Origin: Marsupella aquatica | Lineage: Eukaryota > Plantae > Marchantiophyta | Assembly (NCBI GenBank): GCA_973895155.1 | Contig: OZ316891.1 | Span: 10,169,875-10,233,874, forward strand | Direction of reading: 5' to 3' | DNA: 64,000 nucleotides | Shown: positions 1 through 14,020 of the stretch, piece after piece | How positions within the stretch are numbered: the first letter of the stretch is position 1 | Layout of the letters: the number at the start of each line of letters is the position of its first letter | Notes under the pieces: model-generated | Database searches by the model: none | Seen by the model: only the letters and a program-made list of their open reading frames with translations | Told to the model about the DNA's origin: nothing | Position numbers and translations under genes: made by a program

Positions 1-33
1 GAACATATTTTCTGCGGGTGGGTTACTTCGAAC

Positions 34-230
34 TTTTTGGAGAGTGTCCGCAGGACATTTGATCTCACCAGGTTTTGGCGACAAATCAGCATGTATCAAG
101 TTCAGATTTAAGCCATACAACCTAGAGAAAAAGGAAATTTTTGGAGAGTGTCCGCAGGCCATTTGATCTCAACAGGCTTTGGCGAAAAATCAGGACGTAT
201 CAAATTCAGATTTAAGCCATACAACCTAGA
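34..230. repeat. Two diverged ~95-bp direct repeats
   Basis: TTTTTGGAGAGTGTCCGCAGG..CATTTGATCTC...TTCAGATTTAAGCCATACAACCTAGAG occurs at ~34-127 and ~138-230. Confidence 0.85.
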
Positions 231-1426
231 GTGGATGGAATTGAACATACGCATAAGCAGGGGATTGCACACAACTGACCTCACTAATAACTAGATTTCC
301 AGTGGATTTCATGTGCTAAATTTATCATCAATGGACCGTCTAATTCACCTATATTTGGGCTAAATCCTTTGCTCGAAGTCATTCTTCAGTACTGCAAGCA
401 AAAGGCACAATTTAAGACACGCCTCAGTCAAACCCTGTTTCCCAACCAGTTCACTCATTCCGAATAGATTTACCACACCAGGAATCAAACCCATCGGAAT
501 AACTCGGAAACCTAGTCAATACACAGGTCATCAGATCCTTGGTTGTCAGATCATTCACATGTGTGATTGAGACTGAATAACTTAGGTCAATGGTAAGATT
601 TCCATGCTGACCGGACTTTCGATCTGCAGTTCTCAGCTTCTCTCTCCCTCAGAAGGTCGAATCTTGCAAGAACATGCAGATGAAATCCCCAGGTTATCGA
701 GTCCGATTAACTGGCAAGCTTGCAAATCAAGTGTTCAGAATCTTCCTGCTTGCGTTGTTCAAACAACCGTGTGCTGCCAGCTTTCAGATAAGCAACGAGA
801 CGTAGGTCATGGATGCGGGTGGCCATTGCAAAACCCAAGATCACGTAAACCTACAACTACGCTTGCCTCTAAAAGTCACGACACCACCATTTGAGCTGAG
901 CATTCTTCAACCAGGTGCATGCCTGGCTCTGTTGCTGTATTAAAGCAGACGAGCTTTAAGGTGCGCATAAGGATCACAGAAAACCATCACACTGGGATTC
1001 GACGTTATCGCAGCTAGTTGGAGAATAGAGGACTCTTCAGTGACAACCCCAGTGCACCAACCAGGAATTTGTCAACTTACCCTCATGAAAAGTTTAGTCC
1101 AGAGCAGAGAATCAACGTAATCGGAAGATCAGTATTACAAGAAATACTGCTACTGTTCTGATTCAGTGCAAGGGAGTTAACCTTCTAATGTTTGCCCCAA
1201 AATGAATATGTAAAAATATTGCACAATCTCAAGATCAACCTTATGGCAGCACTAGGCATATTCAAAGGAATGAGGCTTATGCTGCAATAAATATTCCTAT
1301 CCTTATGGTACATTACTGTAACCCCGGGTGACATCAGACCGAGTCAAGAGTACCAAACATGAGAGTAATTTTGTTGACCATTGACAAGGAATGTTACAAT
1401 GAGTTAGAGCACCTGTCAATTACTTC

Positions 1427-4019
1427 TTAGAGAGTCCAACCTTGTTCAAGAAAGTTGACCACAAATATTATGATCTGTTGTGCACCGTCGTTCACAGCTC
1501 CCAGCAGAAGCTCCCAGAAATAAAGATCCACGGCTAAGGCTGCAGAGAGGAATAAGAGAGCCATTGTTTGATACCTATTCAGAGGCCACCCTGAAACTTT
1601 GGCCAAAGTACCAAGAATGTCACCAAGGGCGTCTTGTTGGATTTCTCTTCTTCTTTTGATGGACCATGCTGTCCGCCATTGTATGTCTGCTGGGTAAAGT
1701 CCAAATTCTCTACGAAGACGACTATCCATGTCAGGCAGGTGGCCACTCCCATAGAAAACAGCTACTTTGTTGCAGCCTTCGTGTAGAGCTTGATGGAGTT
1801 CATCCATGGCTACTCGGTTACGCTCTCCTATTATTACTGAATTTTCGACCAGGGAAGAGGCACCGTCTGTCAAGCTGGCGGCAACAAAACATCATTGTAA
1901 GCTTACGATTAAGCGAATCATATGACACTGGATTATTCAACAGTTCCATTAACTGACGGGATAAATTCTCCATATAGATAGCAAGGCTAAACCCAAAGCA
2001 CACAAATTGAGAAGCATCTTCCAGGCGAGATCGACAGGTTCTTACTCAGTTGATATCTGTTTGGCCAGAAAAACTTTCAATGCCGAACCAAGATCGAATT
2101 CAAGCAAGGCCTTCATCTCTGGTGATTTCGCTAGTGGGGCATTTGACGGAGCACACACAACCTCAATAATTAACAAGCCAACAAGGGGCATTGGAAAGAC
2201 CCGGGAGACCCATAGTAACTTTGATCGCCATGGCTCGATGTCCTCATCTCGGTGGAGGTTTCGCATGATAGTTTTGGTGGAAATTTCGGTCAAATCTTTC
2301 GCAAACGAAAAAAATGTCTCGCCTCGCTCAAGCTGTCGGCAAAAAGAACCCACGTCACATCAAGTAAGGCTCAAACATAGGTCTCGGTCTTGAAGTTACC
2401 ACTATCAGTCTTAAAAAGACTCGTTCAAAGACTCCCTGCATGACACGAAGCACTGCCATGTCAAGCAGTATGCTTGGAATGGTAGCCAGGTCAGTGACAA
2501 GGTCAATGAACCTATATCACTCTAGCTTCTCAAGATTTTAGGGTTACAAACCTGCAATGACTGAAAAGTTTCATAGTCCAGGTCGGCATGATACCAATTC
2601 TCTCCGCGGTAGTCCATACAGTTCAGCTGGAAGTCCAGAGTTAATATAGAGGCCATTAGTTTTTGAATGGTCCCTATGATGCTGAACCCCCCGCCACTAC
2701 GCCCCGGACGTCGCTTGGGAGGCCTCCAGCGATACTTCACATTTCTGTTCGTATGCCTCGGGTTCTTATCGGCCACCATCTCATATAGTACTCGGTCGTA
2801 GCATGCAAGCTCATCTTGTAAAGCAGAGAAATACCTAAGTCAAACAAGCCACTCATCACGCTCCCACAAAGGTTCTCGAAATTAATGCACCCACTGTCCG
2901 ATAAGCATACTTTGGTTCCTGCAGCGAAACAACGAATAGACAGCAAACGAAGTCTGTGAGAGTACTCACTGCTTATCTGCAATGTGCACTGCAGCCACCA
3001 GATCCACCTATGCATGCCACCCCGAAACAACCTTCCGTTAGCTCGATGTAGAATCCTAGTCAACAACAATAATATGAGGCAAGTTCCATAAAGTCAAGGT
3101 CAGAAGGAGCAACCTCGTAACTCCCCCTAATCCTTTTCGTTCCAGTTACCAGTAGAGTTTATGACTTCGATAGCCACTGTCCCCAGTGTCATTTCTATTT
3201 AATCCTAGGCCATGACTATTGTGGGGTTCAAATCCGACGAGGGTCGGAATTCAATGGGGATGGAAACATGCAGGGGTAGAAAAGTGTAGACTGGAGCCAG
3301 GGCCCCTGATTCCAACAGCAATCCACGCCCGAGACATCAATGTTTGTCTAAAAGTTCTGAGACTCAATTAGTTTCGGTCGTCTGGGACAACCCCATCCCA
3401 CACTGATGATTCATCAAACCCAAGGAAGTATAAGCTATACCTGTTGTCTGTCAAAAAGACACCAGGGGAATGGCTTTCGGTAGGTGATGATGGCTGTCTG
3501 AAGCTCAGCTCCATCCGTTCCGTTGTCCCGGAATCGAGTGAAATCTCCAATTGATGTTAATGGACCGCCAATCACAATAGTATCATCTTCCCAATCCTCG
3601 GTTCCCTTAGGCTGCTCCGCCTGCTCCTGCTCCCACAAACCCCACAGGGACATCACTCTGCCGTTCCTTCGCCTCAGACCTGCAACTCTAACCCTGCCAC
3701 ACCGCATCCTCTGCCCAACATATCCCCATCGCCAGTTCTTCAAACTGCTACCAAAAAATGCCCTTCCTCCCCCAAAATCTCTAAAGTAATTCACATTCGA
3801 ATAATCCTCAGCATAACTCCCGCTGCAGCTCGATGAAGAATGAGAGGAAAGTCGACCTGTGGAACTGCTACGTGGAATCGTATCGGACGAGCCCCCTCTC
3901 CATCCCTGACTGCTATGAGTATTGAATTTGCAGCAACCCCTTTCTCGACTTTTCAAGCTAGTGACAAGTAATCCACCTGCGTTTGAGCCTACGGCTAGAA
4001 GAAATGCTCCCTGAGCCAT
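1427..4019 (-). CDS. Conserved plant plastid-type protein, TraB/GumN-like; 5 exons; recalled as resembling Arabidopsis At5g19540
   Basis: Exons 4019-3441, 3007-2970, 2834-2552, 2332-2046 and 1874-1427 join in frame over GT-AG introns. Ser/Arg-rich transit-peptide-like N-terminus. Motifs ELQTAIITYRKPFPW, VDLVAAVHIADK, YDRVLYEMV, LDFQLNCMDY..WYHADLD, IIGERN, FYGSGHLPD, plus a C-terminal hydrophobic helix. The family assignment is from memory, not a search. Confidence 0.85.
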
Positions 4020-6923
4020 CTTTAACTGACCAGAATCGGATTTTTTTCCCTCACTCCATCTCTAACCCGCCCCTCCTGCTCACCACCTGCCAAAAGACCT
4101 GTTGTACAACCCAACCCAAGATCAACATCTCAGAATCTTCACATGAATTCACTAAATGCAATCCCGGGCAACAGGGTGAGACTACTATTACAGCAAACGA
4201 GACCAAAAATCCAATCCGTTAAAAAAGCGGTCAAACAACAAGCTCTAGGTGCCATGTCCCAGACTTCCAGTTGCTTCTTCACCGAGCACATAATCTTCAG
4301 AGACTGGGATAACCTCTACACATGTGGGAAGGAAAGTAGAACGGACAAAAAAGAGCATTTTCTCTCTCACCTGGACGCTCAGCTTGGCAGGAATCAGGAC
4401 TAGGGTTATCAAATGCTCCACATATCACGCAGTAAAATCGGAATCTCCAAACTCGTGGTTGGAGATTTGTTGCTTGCTGGACGACGAGATTAGGAGAAAA
4501 CTGCACTGAGTCGAGGATTCACACAAGCAATGCTTCTCCGATTCCTCTTCATGCAGAAAGGCGGAACAGCCTCAGCAAGAGGCTGAGAGCAGTGAAAGGT
4601 GCCTTTGCGCCTTTCGTGGGACCTTTTAGATGGGAGAACGAGTGAATCTGCTGCTTCGTCACCATTTCCTGATCACCCATTCCTTCCTTTAGATTCCGTG
4701 GGAGGTGGGACTGCTTGGGACAGGATTCTGGTTAGTTTCACTCCTTTTAGTGCCCTTCGTGATTTTTCCGTCAGTATTTGTGAGTACATTGCTTGTAGGT
4801 GTATCAAGGTCCTTCCAGGGCATTAACGACTATAGCAGTCCCTCCTCACTCTGGCTGGATCTCTCTTTTTTTAAATTTGTTTGTTTTGTTTTGTGGGCGG
4901 GGGGAGGGGGCATTAGGGACTGTCAAAGCACGGTTTAAACTCAAGACATAAAAAGCTGTTATGGCCAGGACAAAATCATTGTGGGCTACCAAAATAAGTA
5001 CCCCATAATGGTGATACGTCCAAAGCCAAAAACACTTTACTTTGGTAACAGTAGAACTTTGACACGGCTTATTATATCACAGGCAACACAGTAGTACTTA
5101 TTTAATGCCCTTTGTGATTTATTGCTTTGTACTCTCAAAGGGCATGTTCAATATTTGGATCAACTCCTTATGGAAATTCTTGTCTAGTTTTACTAAAATA
5201 ATAAAGTTAAAGTCTTTGAGGTCTTTAAGTGTATTAAGGTCCTGTTACCATGACACATAATGCCTTGGAAACAGGACTTTAGTACATAAGTGGGGATATC
5301 AGGTTGGTGTAGTAGAGCTGAGATTTCTTTCCGGAGCTTGAAAAAATGCTCTGACGTAGTTGCAAACTACTTGAACAAGTACAAGAATTAACCAACAGAC
5401 CTAACATTGCTCCACGGAAAATGCTTCAATCTACAGTCAGGAATTGAATGAATAGGGTGACTTATTCCCAAGAGAGGGTATTAAGAGCACCCCGGAAGAG
5501 GACCTCCAACGGTGTAGTCTATTTCCTTCCTATTGGGTCTCAAACTTAGTAGTACCAAATTCATGATTCATAGTTTTTTGCCATAAAGATTGGTCATATG
5601 TTATGACCATAAGTCACTGTAGAGGGTAGTGAAAAAAAACATAACACTTAATTGTTCATAACCCTGTAAAAAGGCTATGGCCAAAAGCCATTGAAGCTTG
5701 GAGAAGCCCTACTATATACATTAGATGCAGCTTAAGGCTTATTGTATACATTCAATATAGGCATATAAAGTTACTTTTTTGGTATACTATATACAGCCAA
5801 GATGATATGCCAAAATGCAAGCCTAATTGTTATGGGACCGTCTTATATACTACCTCCTCAAACAGGCACCTTTGGATACTAATCATTAGATCTTGGATAA
5901 CACATGAATGAATCCTCTACTCAGTAAATGAGCTACAGAGTCTCTCTCAAATACAGTTCCACTAACAAAAAGCCTAGTAAGCTCATAATTGAACGGGGTT
6001 CCAGTTAATTCCAGTAAGCCGTTGAAGTTGCCCATTTTGGTTAACGTAGCATTAGAGCATACCACCAATAGCTGTTGGAGATGCTCTAAATAATGTGTTT
6101 TTAAATTTTTATGGTTTTTTTTTGTGTGGCTAGTTTGGCACATGTCACCTTATTTGGAGGCGAAGATCCTAGAATACTCATCATCTAATTTTTTGACTGT
6201 CAGATCACCCTAGATTCAAGGATGACCCTTAGATTCTAGCTAATCGTTGACAGGAAATCTACTTTAGCTAAGTTTAACACAAAGTTGAGATTGAATATGT
6301 TTGAAAGAAAACAGCTTTTTACTAGGTTACCCCCCATTCTGAGACTTATTACAAATGTAACCCCCATTCTAATTTAATTACTATACTGCCCCAATATGGT
6401 ACAAGGGTTCCAGTTCCAGTATTTGCACCCAGGAGTGAACCCTAATGGCTTGACTTCTTCCCATTTGGGTTAACTTAACCCACCCTGAGTCAGAGCAACC
6501 TGCTCCCGCCCAGCTCTACGGCCATGTTGCAGCCCTACTACAGGAAGAAATTGGCCACACTGAGCCCTACCCTAACAACAAGTTTTCCTTTCAGCTTTTG
6601 GTTTCAAGTCCAAAAAATAATGTTTTGGCCCATTGGCTTTTTGGCTATAATTTCATTTTTCCGGTTTTCTCTTTTACTTTCCCGCTTTATTTGTTTTTTG
6701 GCCTTTCATTGGGATCATGTTTCGGGGTTAGGTGTTTTTGTTCCTTTGCAGTCTTGGCTTGACATACAACCAAGTAGTGTAGAATGAACAAGCTTATTGA
6801 TACTTAGAGCTGGGTATGTAGCTCACAATTATTTTGGTTTTCTAATTCTAAGATCATTGCATTCTTTACAGATTGTCGTTCCTCTCTAAGTATTGACACA
6901 GAGTCTTGTCAGGTTTGCATGTT

Positions 6924-7123
6924 ACAGCTTTTAAGTACATTGCCACTAAAGATGTTTGAATTTACAATACTGCCACGGTTTCAGTATATAGCTCCCATAG
7001 TTACCTTGGTGAACTCGTCATCCATATTTGAAACCGTGACCTTTAATTTTATAAATACAACAAAACAATAGTGACAATATTGTCAATTAGAACATCTTTA
7101 GTGGCAAAGTATTTAAAAGTTGT
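6924..7123. mobile_element. MITE-like element with terminal inverted repeats (copy 1)
   Basis: Left ACAGCTTTTAAGTACATTGCCACTAAAGATGTT is the imperfect reverse complement of right AACATCTTTAGTGGCAAAGTATTTAAAAGTTGT. A related copy lies in inverted orientation at 45781-45975. Confidence 0.7.
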
Positions 7124-8171
7124 TGCAAGTTATGTGTACCAAAGATCACAGCAGACCAGGGAGACAAGAAAATATATCTTTTGACAGAGGTAGGTCCCCA
7201 ACCCAAGAATCAGCTACTCATAGGTCTGATACTTATTTCTGAGCATTTCATTGTAGAAACATCTTATTGACTTAGGAAAACCCCCAAAAACGAAAATGAG
7301 TTCACCTCCTGGAATCTGTCATTTATGCGGGCATCCATCAGGTTTTCCAGATCTGATTGTGAGTTGTGGTGCCAGTGGTGGAGGCCCAGAGCACCTGAGA
7401 TTAAACATAAGACTACCATGAAAGGTTTGAACTGACAGACAAGTATGTTGTCGTCGTCTTGTTGGACACGACAACTTGTCCGTTGTCAGCTCCAAAAGGG
7501 ATCAAATATTGGATATTTGCTTACAGTCCCTGGCCCGGGTCGGGCAGGGACAGGCCGGGGTTGGGGCCAGGACAGGTCAGGGTGTGGGGGGGTTGGGGGG
7601 GCGCAGGGCTGGGATGACCGGGTGTGACACAGGTTGGATGTGTGGTCCAGACCCCTCATTTGTAGGACAAGTTCAAACCGGGGAAAGCGCTTTGGGTGGT
7701 TGGCTGGTCAACTCCAGCATGGGTGAAGGCAAGATTCAAATTGATTACCCAAGACAGATTGCCATCTCGTGCTAGTTATGGCACCAGAGATTACACTGCA
7801 GAACGGAATAGGTAGTGGCATGAGCACTCTAGGAATTGTGTTTGGAGACTTTTCTAAATGACATGAAGTAGGCGCAGCCAATTTATTTTATCTGAGTCAG
7901 TTTTACGATTTTGATTTGTGGACATGTGCTTATCGTCGTTGCTTTTCTGGTGCACTCAAAGTGGGAGTATTGTCTACAAATTTCCTCTGCATGTCGGAGC
8001 TATTAAGATTGCAAATGGATGTGTGCAATTGTTGTGTAGTCCAGTTTAGCGCATTAAGGTGCTTGTCACACTTCACTTTGTCTACTAGTGTCCTTTCTAA
8101 ACACAGTTTGTCCTAATGACGAGTGCATCTATCATTCAGATTTCCTACGGGCAAGAACAGAAACACAAATA

Positions 8172-8313
8172 CTTTGTCTCCTAATGCAACAGAGAGTTGA
8201 GCCATATTGTGATACACCTCTTTATTAACCTGTCCCCCAAATTTTTTGTCTCCTAATGCAACACAGTTTAGCCATATTGTAATATAGCTTTTTATTAACC
8301 TGTCCCCCAAATT
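8172..8313. repeat. Two ~72-bp direct repeats
   Basis: TTTGTCTCCTAATGCAACA.AG..T.AGCCATATTGT.ATA.....TTTATTAACCTGTCCCCCAAATT appears twice in tandem. Confidence 0.8.
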
Positions 8314-8893
8314 ACCTATTGTTACCCCAAAACAAAATTAATTATCAATATATATCCCATTTCATATTTGAGTCAATATTAACTTGTATACGGTTTTCAT
8401 TGCCATGTGGCAAGTTGCTAGTCGGGACAGGGGGGTCAGAGAAGGTGATCTAAATAAATCCAAGCTACGAAGCAGATGTCCGGGATATGGAATTTTCCTG
8501 AGTTTTAAATAGAAATGCATGGAATGTCCCCGGATTCAATGTTCACCACTACTATTCTAGCCCAGAGATTTGATAGAGCTGCATAAGAGAATCGACTCTA
8601 GATTCAATAGGCCTTCTAGCAAATATAGACCAGAACGTACTCTTCATTCACGCTCTGGACATGTAAACTTAGTAACATTGTCTAATGAGAGAGGGTTTCT
8701 GCCAACTGACTTAGATAAAATCAGATAATTATAACTGAATGAATGAACGAGCGATAGTGTTCACGTGACCATCTTTTTTCACCTGTATGACTATGATCTC
8801 CCTGAAAGGACCACCTGCATGTGTTGGAGATATATATACAGAATCTTTGGATCCAAGGCTCGAGGGTTGGTCTCCTCTTGTCGTTAAATTCAA

Positions 8894-11415
8894 TCAGCGA
8901 AATCGTTCAATAAATTGTTCTGGGATGTTTCCCTCAAACATACCGATACCCCACTGCAGCTCACACGACCGAACTTCTGGCACGTCAGTGTGCGCATCGC
9001 CAATGTAGGATGGTTCGGGCTCATCAAGAGGGCACTGCATGTTATGTGGGTGATCAATAAAACATGGCCCGGGAAGGTTCGTTCTCCAGCAAGGTGGATT
9101 CGGGACCTGCTTCTTGTTGATCCCATACTGGTTGAACACAATGGGCTTGATCCCTGCAAGCCCGTGAGAGACGTACCCGAATGTGGACCTCGGACTGCTG
9201 ATGATATCGTCCGCGAAGCTCAGTAGCCATATATCTGCTATGACTTTCTTCTCGTGGGAAAGCTGCCCCGTTTGCTGCTCGCTCTCGGAGCTGGGACTGA
9301 AGATGTCCACCTTGCTGCCAGTTCCTTCCGTTTGCACACTTCTGTTGAAAACCTCCGCCAGATTTTCGGCATACTCCTTCCTCAGTGAAGTGAGCACCAC
9401 GGAGATGCGCTCGTCCACGTCTCGTGGCTTGAGATGAGCTCTTCCAATCCTATTGTTCGGATGTTGAGAAGCATTTATGGACCTGCGGACGTTGGGGAGA
9501 AGGCCGGCGTAGACAGCACAAGAGAGGATATGCTCGCTGATGACCGGCGTGTACCCATTGCTCCAGGCTCGCACTTGGATGGCCAGGCGGCGGTCAGCTG
9601 GTGCCATGTGGGATTTGTAGATGTTCATGATTCGCTCCCAGATTTCCTTTTGTGGGCTTAGTAAATACCTTCCGGCGTGGAGAAACACAGCTCGATCTGG
9701 GAACCAGGCATTGAGCCGAGAGCGAAAGCTTGGAACGAAATAGAATCCTGGGACACTGTACTGATTGCTGCGGTAGAACACCCACGGGATCTTCGTCACG
9801 AGTCTCTGCTCACCCTCACAGAAGAATTTCAAGTCGGACGGTTTCTGCCAGTTCGACAAGAACGCCTCCAAACGCGTTGGTATGTCTAAATTCTGACGTT
9901 CGATAGCGGTTGAATTGATCGAATTGAATGCTCGGTCGTAAAACATGCCGTGCATTTCCGCGCTCTCCCTGATGCGGTCGTCCGGGAAGTCCTCGGGCAG
10001 CACCCAGGAGGATCGAGGGAAGGGCTCACAAAAGAGGTGCTGGAGCTCGGCCCCACGGGTGATGAGCAGCACTCGATTGGTCAGCAGGGCGTAGACGAAG
10101 GCGGAGACGAGGGAGATGAGTTGGTTCCCTTTGCCGTCCAGGTCTCGCCAGACGAGGTACTGGCAATTGGTCGGGGCAGATCCTTGTAGCGCGAGATCTG
10201 TCAATGGATGGCCCTCGGTGCATTTTCTGTGGTGTGCTTCGTAGGTTCGCAGAGCACGGAGGAAGGCAGGTGCGGGGTGATAGTTCGAATTCCAGTAGCA
10301 GTGCTGTTCGTATTTGCTCCTGCATGCTTCCTGGTGCGTAGTCTCTTTTGGACTGACGGGATGATACTGGTGTTGTGCTGGTATGTACTTGCGCACTGCT
10401 CCAATTTCGTCATCACAGTCTGCACCAGAAACCCACGGGATATTACATATTGGCTAGTGACTCTCGCCAGTCTTTCCAACATTTCAAAACCCGACTTCCT
10501 TACTTTCCCAATGGTTCGCTATAAATGTCAACTGAACGAAACTTCAATCTTGCTAGGAGCAGAGTTTTGACATTAATTGTGATTGTCTTTGAAGTTCTGG
10601 TCCGGAGCTTCTCCCTTGATTGAGATAAGTCCACCTCTTTGGAAAGTCAGTCTAAGGCTCTGAGACTCTGAGTGACACCGCATAGATGAGTGTCCATTCC
10701 GTTGGCAATCTCAGCTTCCTCTTATTCATTCAGATTCATGCTAAGTTGCGATCGATGGAAAGCGATGGACTTCATCGTCTTTGTCAATGCCGAGGGATTT
10801 CGAATTCCCTTTATTGTGAAATATTGCAGTATCACTGTCATCGTAGTGATGTAGTTGCTTGAGGCAGCTTCGTGAAATTCAGCTACTAGTGAATGAATAT
10901 ATAAGGGGACTCGAATGGGCTATTCACAATACTGTTCAACAATGATCTCCGAGATTGAAAAGCCACACTGAACAGGAGGCCACCACAGTCAAGAAACTAA
11001 TAGTCAACTCGAAATCAGACTTTCACTATTCTTGAAATGATTGATGTAGCTAGCTACTGTGTGAACCAACAATGATCGAAGTTGAAGGCTCTATATCCTC
11101 CATTTCGCGTTCGTACTAGCAGCTACGTCAATCCCAACAATGGCCATGGATCGAGAACTTAATCAACGCGTCGACGAGAGAGTCAAGCTTGTTGGAGAGA
11201 GAGAGCTTACTGATATCGGACGGCCGTTGAACTCTCCTGTACTTGACAATGGCGACTCCGTCTCTGGAATATGACGAACCCGGCCCGCTCCGTCCAGCAA
11301 TGTGAGAGAAGCTCACGGTAGCGACCAGGAGTCCAATCAAACATACGCCGGAGAACGAGGCCCAATTCTTGGCACTCAATCGAACCGGTTTCCCCCCTCT
11401 GGCCGTTGAAGCCAT
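8894..11415 (-). CDS. GT37-family alpha-1,2-fucosyltransferase (xyloglucan/AGP FUT-like), type II membrane protein, 2 exons
   Basis: Exon 1 11415-11211 (short cytosolic tail plus TM helix, donor A|GTAAGC) splices in frame to exon 2 10419-8894 (acceptor TGGTGCAG). GT37 motifs: CRSKYE..LRTYE.HHRKC, G.GNQLISLVSAFVYALLTNRVLL, LFCEPFPRSSWVLP, AIQVR, DIWLLSFADDIISSPRSTFGYVSHGLAGIKP. Confidence 0.92.
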
Positions 11416-14020
11416 TGCTACGTAGGCTTTTCGACATGCACAGTCGTATCGATCAAGCAGTGTTGTGTGGCAGTTGCGAATATCCAGGAACAGTCACATT
11501 CACCCCGTCTGAATCGCGTATAGATCCTCCATCTCATATGAACAACAGACGAATCAAATCCTGGTTGGCAAGTAGCTTGAATTATTCACAGTTCCTCGTG
11601 TACACACTGCAAAAATTGTGTCGAATTCTCTCGTCTTCGCACAGGGAACTCTGAGAGAAAACCCTCGCACGCTTCTGGTTATGTAGTCCGGTCGACGAAC
11701 GTTATCTAACACCCGCCCTGCCTGTCAGCCTCTCTTCGGAGATTCGATAAAATGATGTCCAAAGGCGCTCTCTCTCTCTCCTCTCACTCCCACAACCATT
11801 GTTCCTTCTCCGCACTGAAGCCAACGTTGCGCAAATAGAAGAAGCTAGAGAAGATAATCATTTCATTCTCAAAGGTTTCCATGATCGAAATCCCGGCCTG
11901 CTGTTGGAACAGACGTTATCAAAGATCCTCTCCTCCTTGCAACGTCTTGCTTGGATATTCGATCTATGCAGACAAGCGTTCTTTTGCTCCTTCGACCAAC
12001 TTCTCCCCGTCCTCCTCCGCGCTAAAGAATAAGATTATCGTACGTAAGACTAGTAAATGATGACTACATCCTGAAAATTTCCCATGAGATAGGTCCCGGC
12101 CGGCTGCTGATGCAGACGCGCTTTGCCCCCGCCACTATGGCCATGCACCTCGTGGTCACTGCAGTTGAAAGTGAAATTTCCAACGCCTCAAACTTTCATC
12201 GCCAGGGGCAATGGAAGTTGCCAAGATAGAGGTCGCTAGGGATTGAGTCAGCGGGCACCTAAACGTCGGCACCTACACGTCAAACTCTCATCGGCTTTGT
12301 AGCTCCATCGTTACAGTACACGCTGGTCGAGGATTTCCGTTATAGACAATTTAGAGATGGATGTTTCGATCTTGAGAGGGTTTTAACGGTCAAAGTTCGC
12401 TGGACTCTGGCAGCTCCGTCGTCTTTCTTCTCGAAATCAATTCACTTGAAGTACAATCAGTGTACTGCATGCAGTTTCTTCCGCATTGTGTTTTGTTGAC
12501 GTTAAAGAACTAGCTACAATCTCTCCGCATGATTCCTTCCCAGCCCATGAGACGCACCGCGCGCGTACCAGAGAGCTCCATCGGGACTTCAGCGAGCCCA
12601 AGAAGGTGTGAATGAAGCCAATGACGAGTAGAGATGCTGAGGAATGTATCTACGAGAAACGGCCAAGACAAGTGCATTATTCTACATCCTTCGCACCATA
12701 GACTCTGCTATCGACCAGGTAAAGTTTTCAGGTGGAATAAATCCTCAGATTATTGGTGTGATGCACATTGTGTTGAAGACATCCAATCTGATCTTCAACC
12801 ATGTACCGGACAATAAATTGTTCCCGATGTGGGCCAGCCGTTCATAATTCAAATTAGGATGACGATCCTAGTACTTGACAGTTCTTCTGATTCTTTTCCA
12901 CTCTGAACCTGGAAGGAGCACAGATCTAGGTACGGAAACATCCGGATAAAGCAGGTGAGCGTTTAGACCTCTTCAAGGACGTCCAATATAGCCGGGGCGT
13001 GGTTGATTTGTCGACCACCATGGTTGGAAACCCCTGCTGGTAATCACACATCAAAATGTGGCTGCATTTATTGATTGAAAGGAAAAAACTAGTATTATCA
13101 CTGTATGCAGGGGTGTCGTACATAGTATATGTCATATTTTGATGTGCAGTTACCGAGACCCGTTGGAAACTATGATGCCAGCAGCACCATGTTGAACACA
13201 TAGACGTGCTGCCAAAGTAAATTAACAACAATGATTGCCCATCTCTACAAAACTAGACTAAACTAAATTATTCACAAATGTGTCTTCGAACACTGACAGC
13301 AGAGAGACCAAAAATAATGGAAAAGGATATTGCTCTAGTCACTGCATGATTTACCCTGCCGGTCTTAGATTGCTCCATTGTCTGTTTTTCCGGTATGGCA
13401 GAATCCGTATAGCTCACTACGAATAGAAGAAATACTACATAACTGAATTACAAAGTCTTGTGCTTTTACTACCGATCCAGATATTATAGCCCCGGTAAGA
13501 CATCTGAGTAGAAACTCCAGTAGACGATATCATCGTCAAGACCAAGCAATGTGAAGGGACTAGGGCCCATCTTCTGCAGTAAGGATCCCCTTGATCAGGA
13601 TTGGTAGACTCGTGATGTCCCTAAGCCAGCTGACGACCTGTTTATTTTAAAGAATGGTGAATAGTTCACAAGTGACTGCAAAGCAGCCCTCAAAGTGTGG
13701 TGTCCAGGCAAACTTTCCATACTTAGGCTGAGTCTATCATTTCTGGCATTGTACCTGACTGTATCATTACTGAACTTCGACTATCTAAAGAGCGTTGAGG
13801 TCACCTTTCCAATCAAGGGTTTGATCAAATCGAGAGTTCGACAATGCACGTTAAGCGGAGCCTGATTCCTGGATACACATCGTTCTCATCATCCACGTCA
13901 GAATAGTGAAACAATGTACATCAGGCGCTCATCGATGACCTTTCCAACAACGTGAATCGTCTTCCTCAACCGAAGACCTTGGGGAAAACTTGAGATTCGG
14001 TAATTACTAATGAGTTGCAG

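Noticed and set aside
8890-10570. Several overlapping or antisense ORFs of 60-120 aa
   Set aside because: They are shadows of the GC-rich fucosyltransferase exon.
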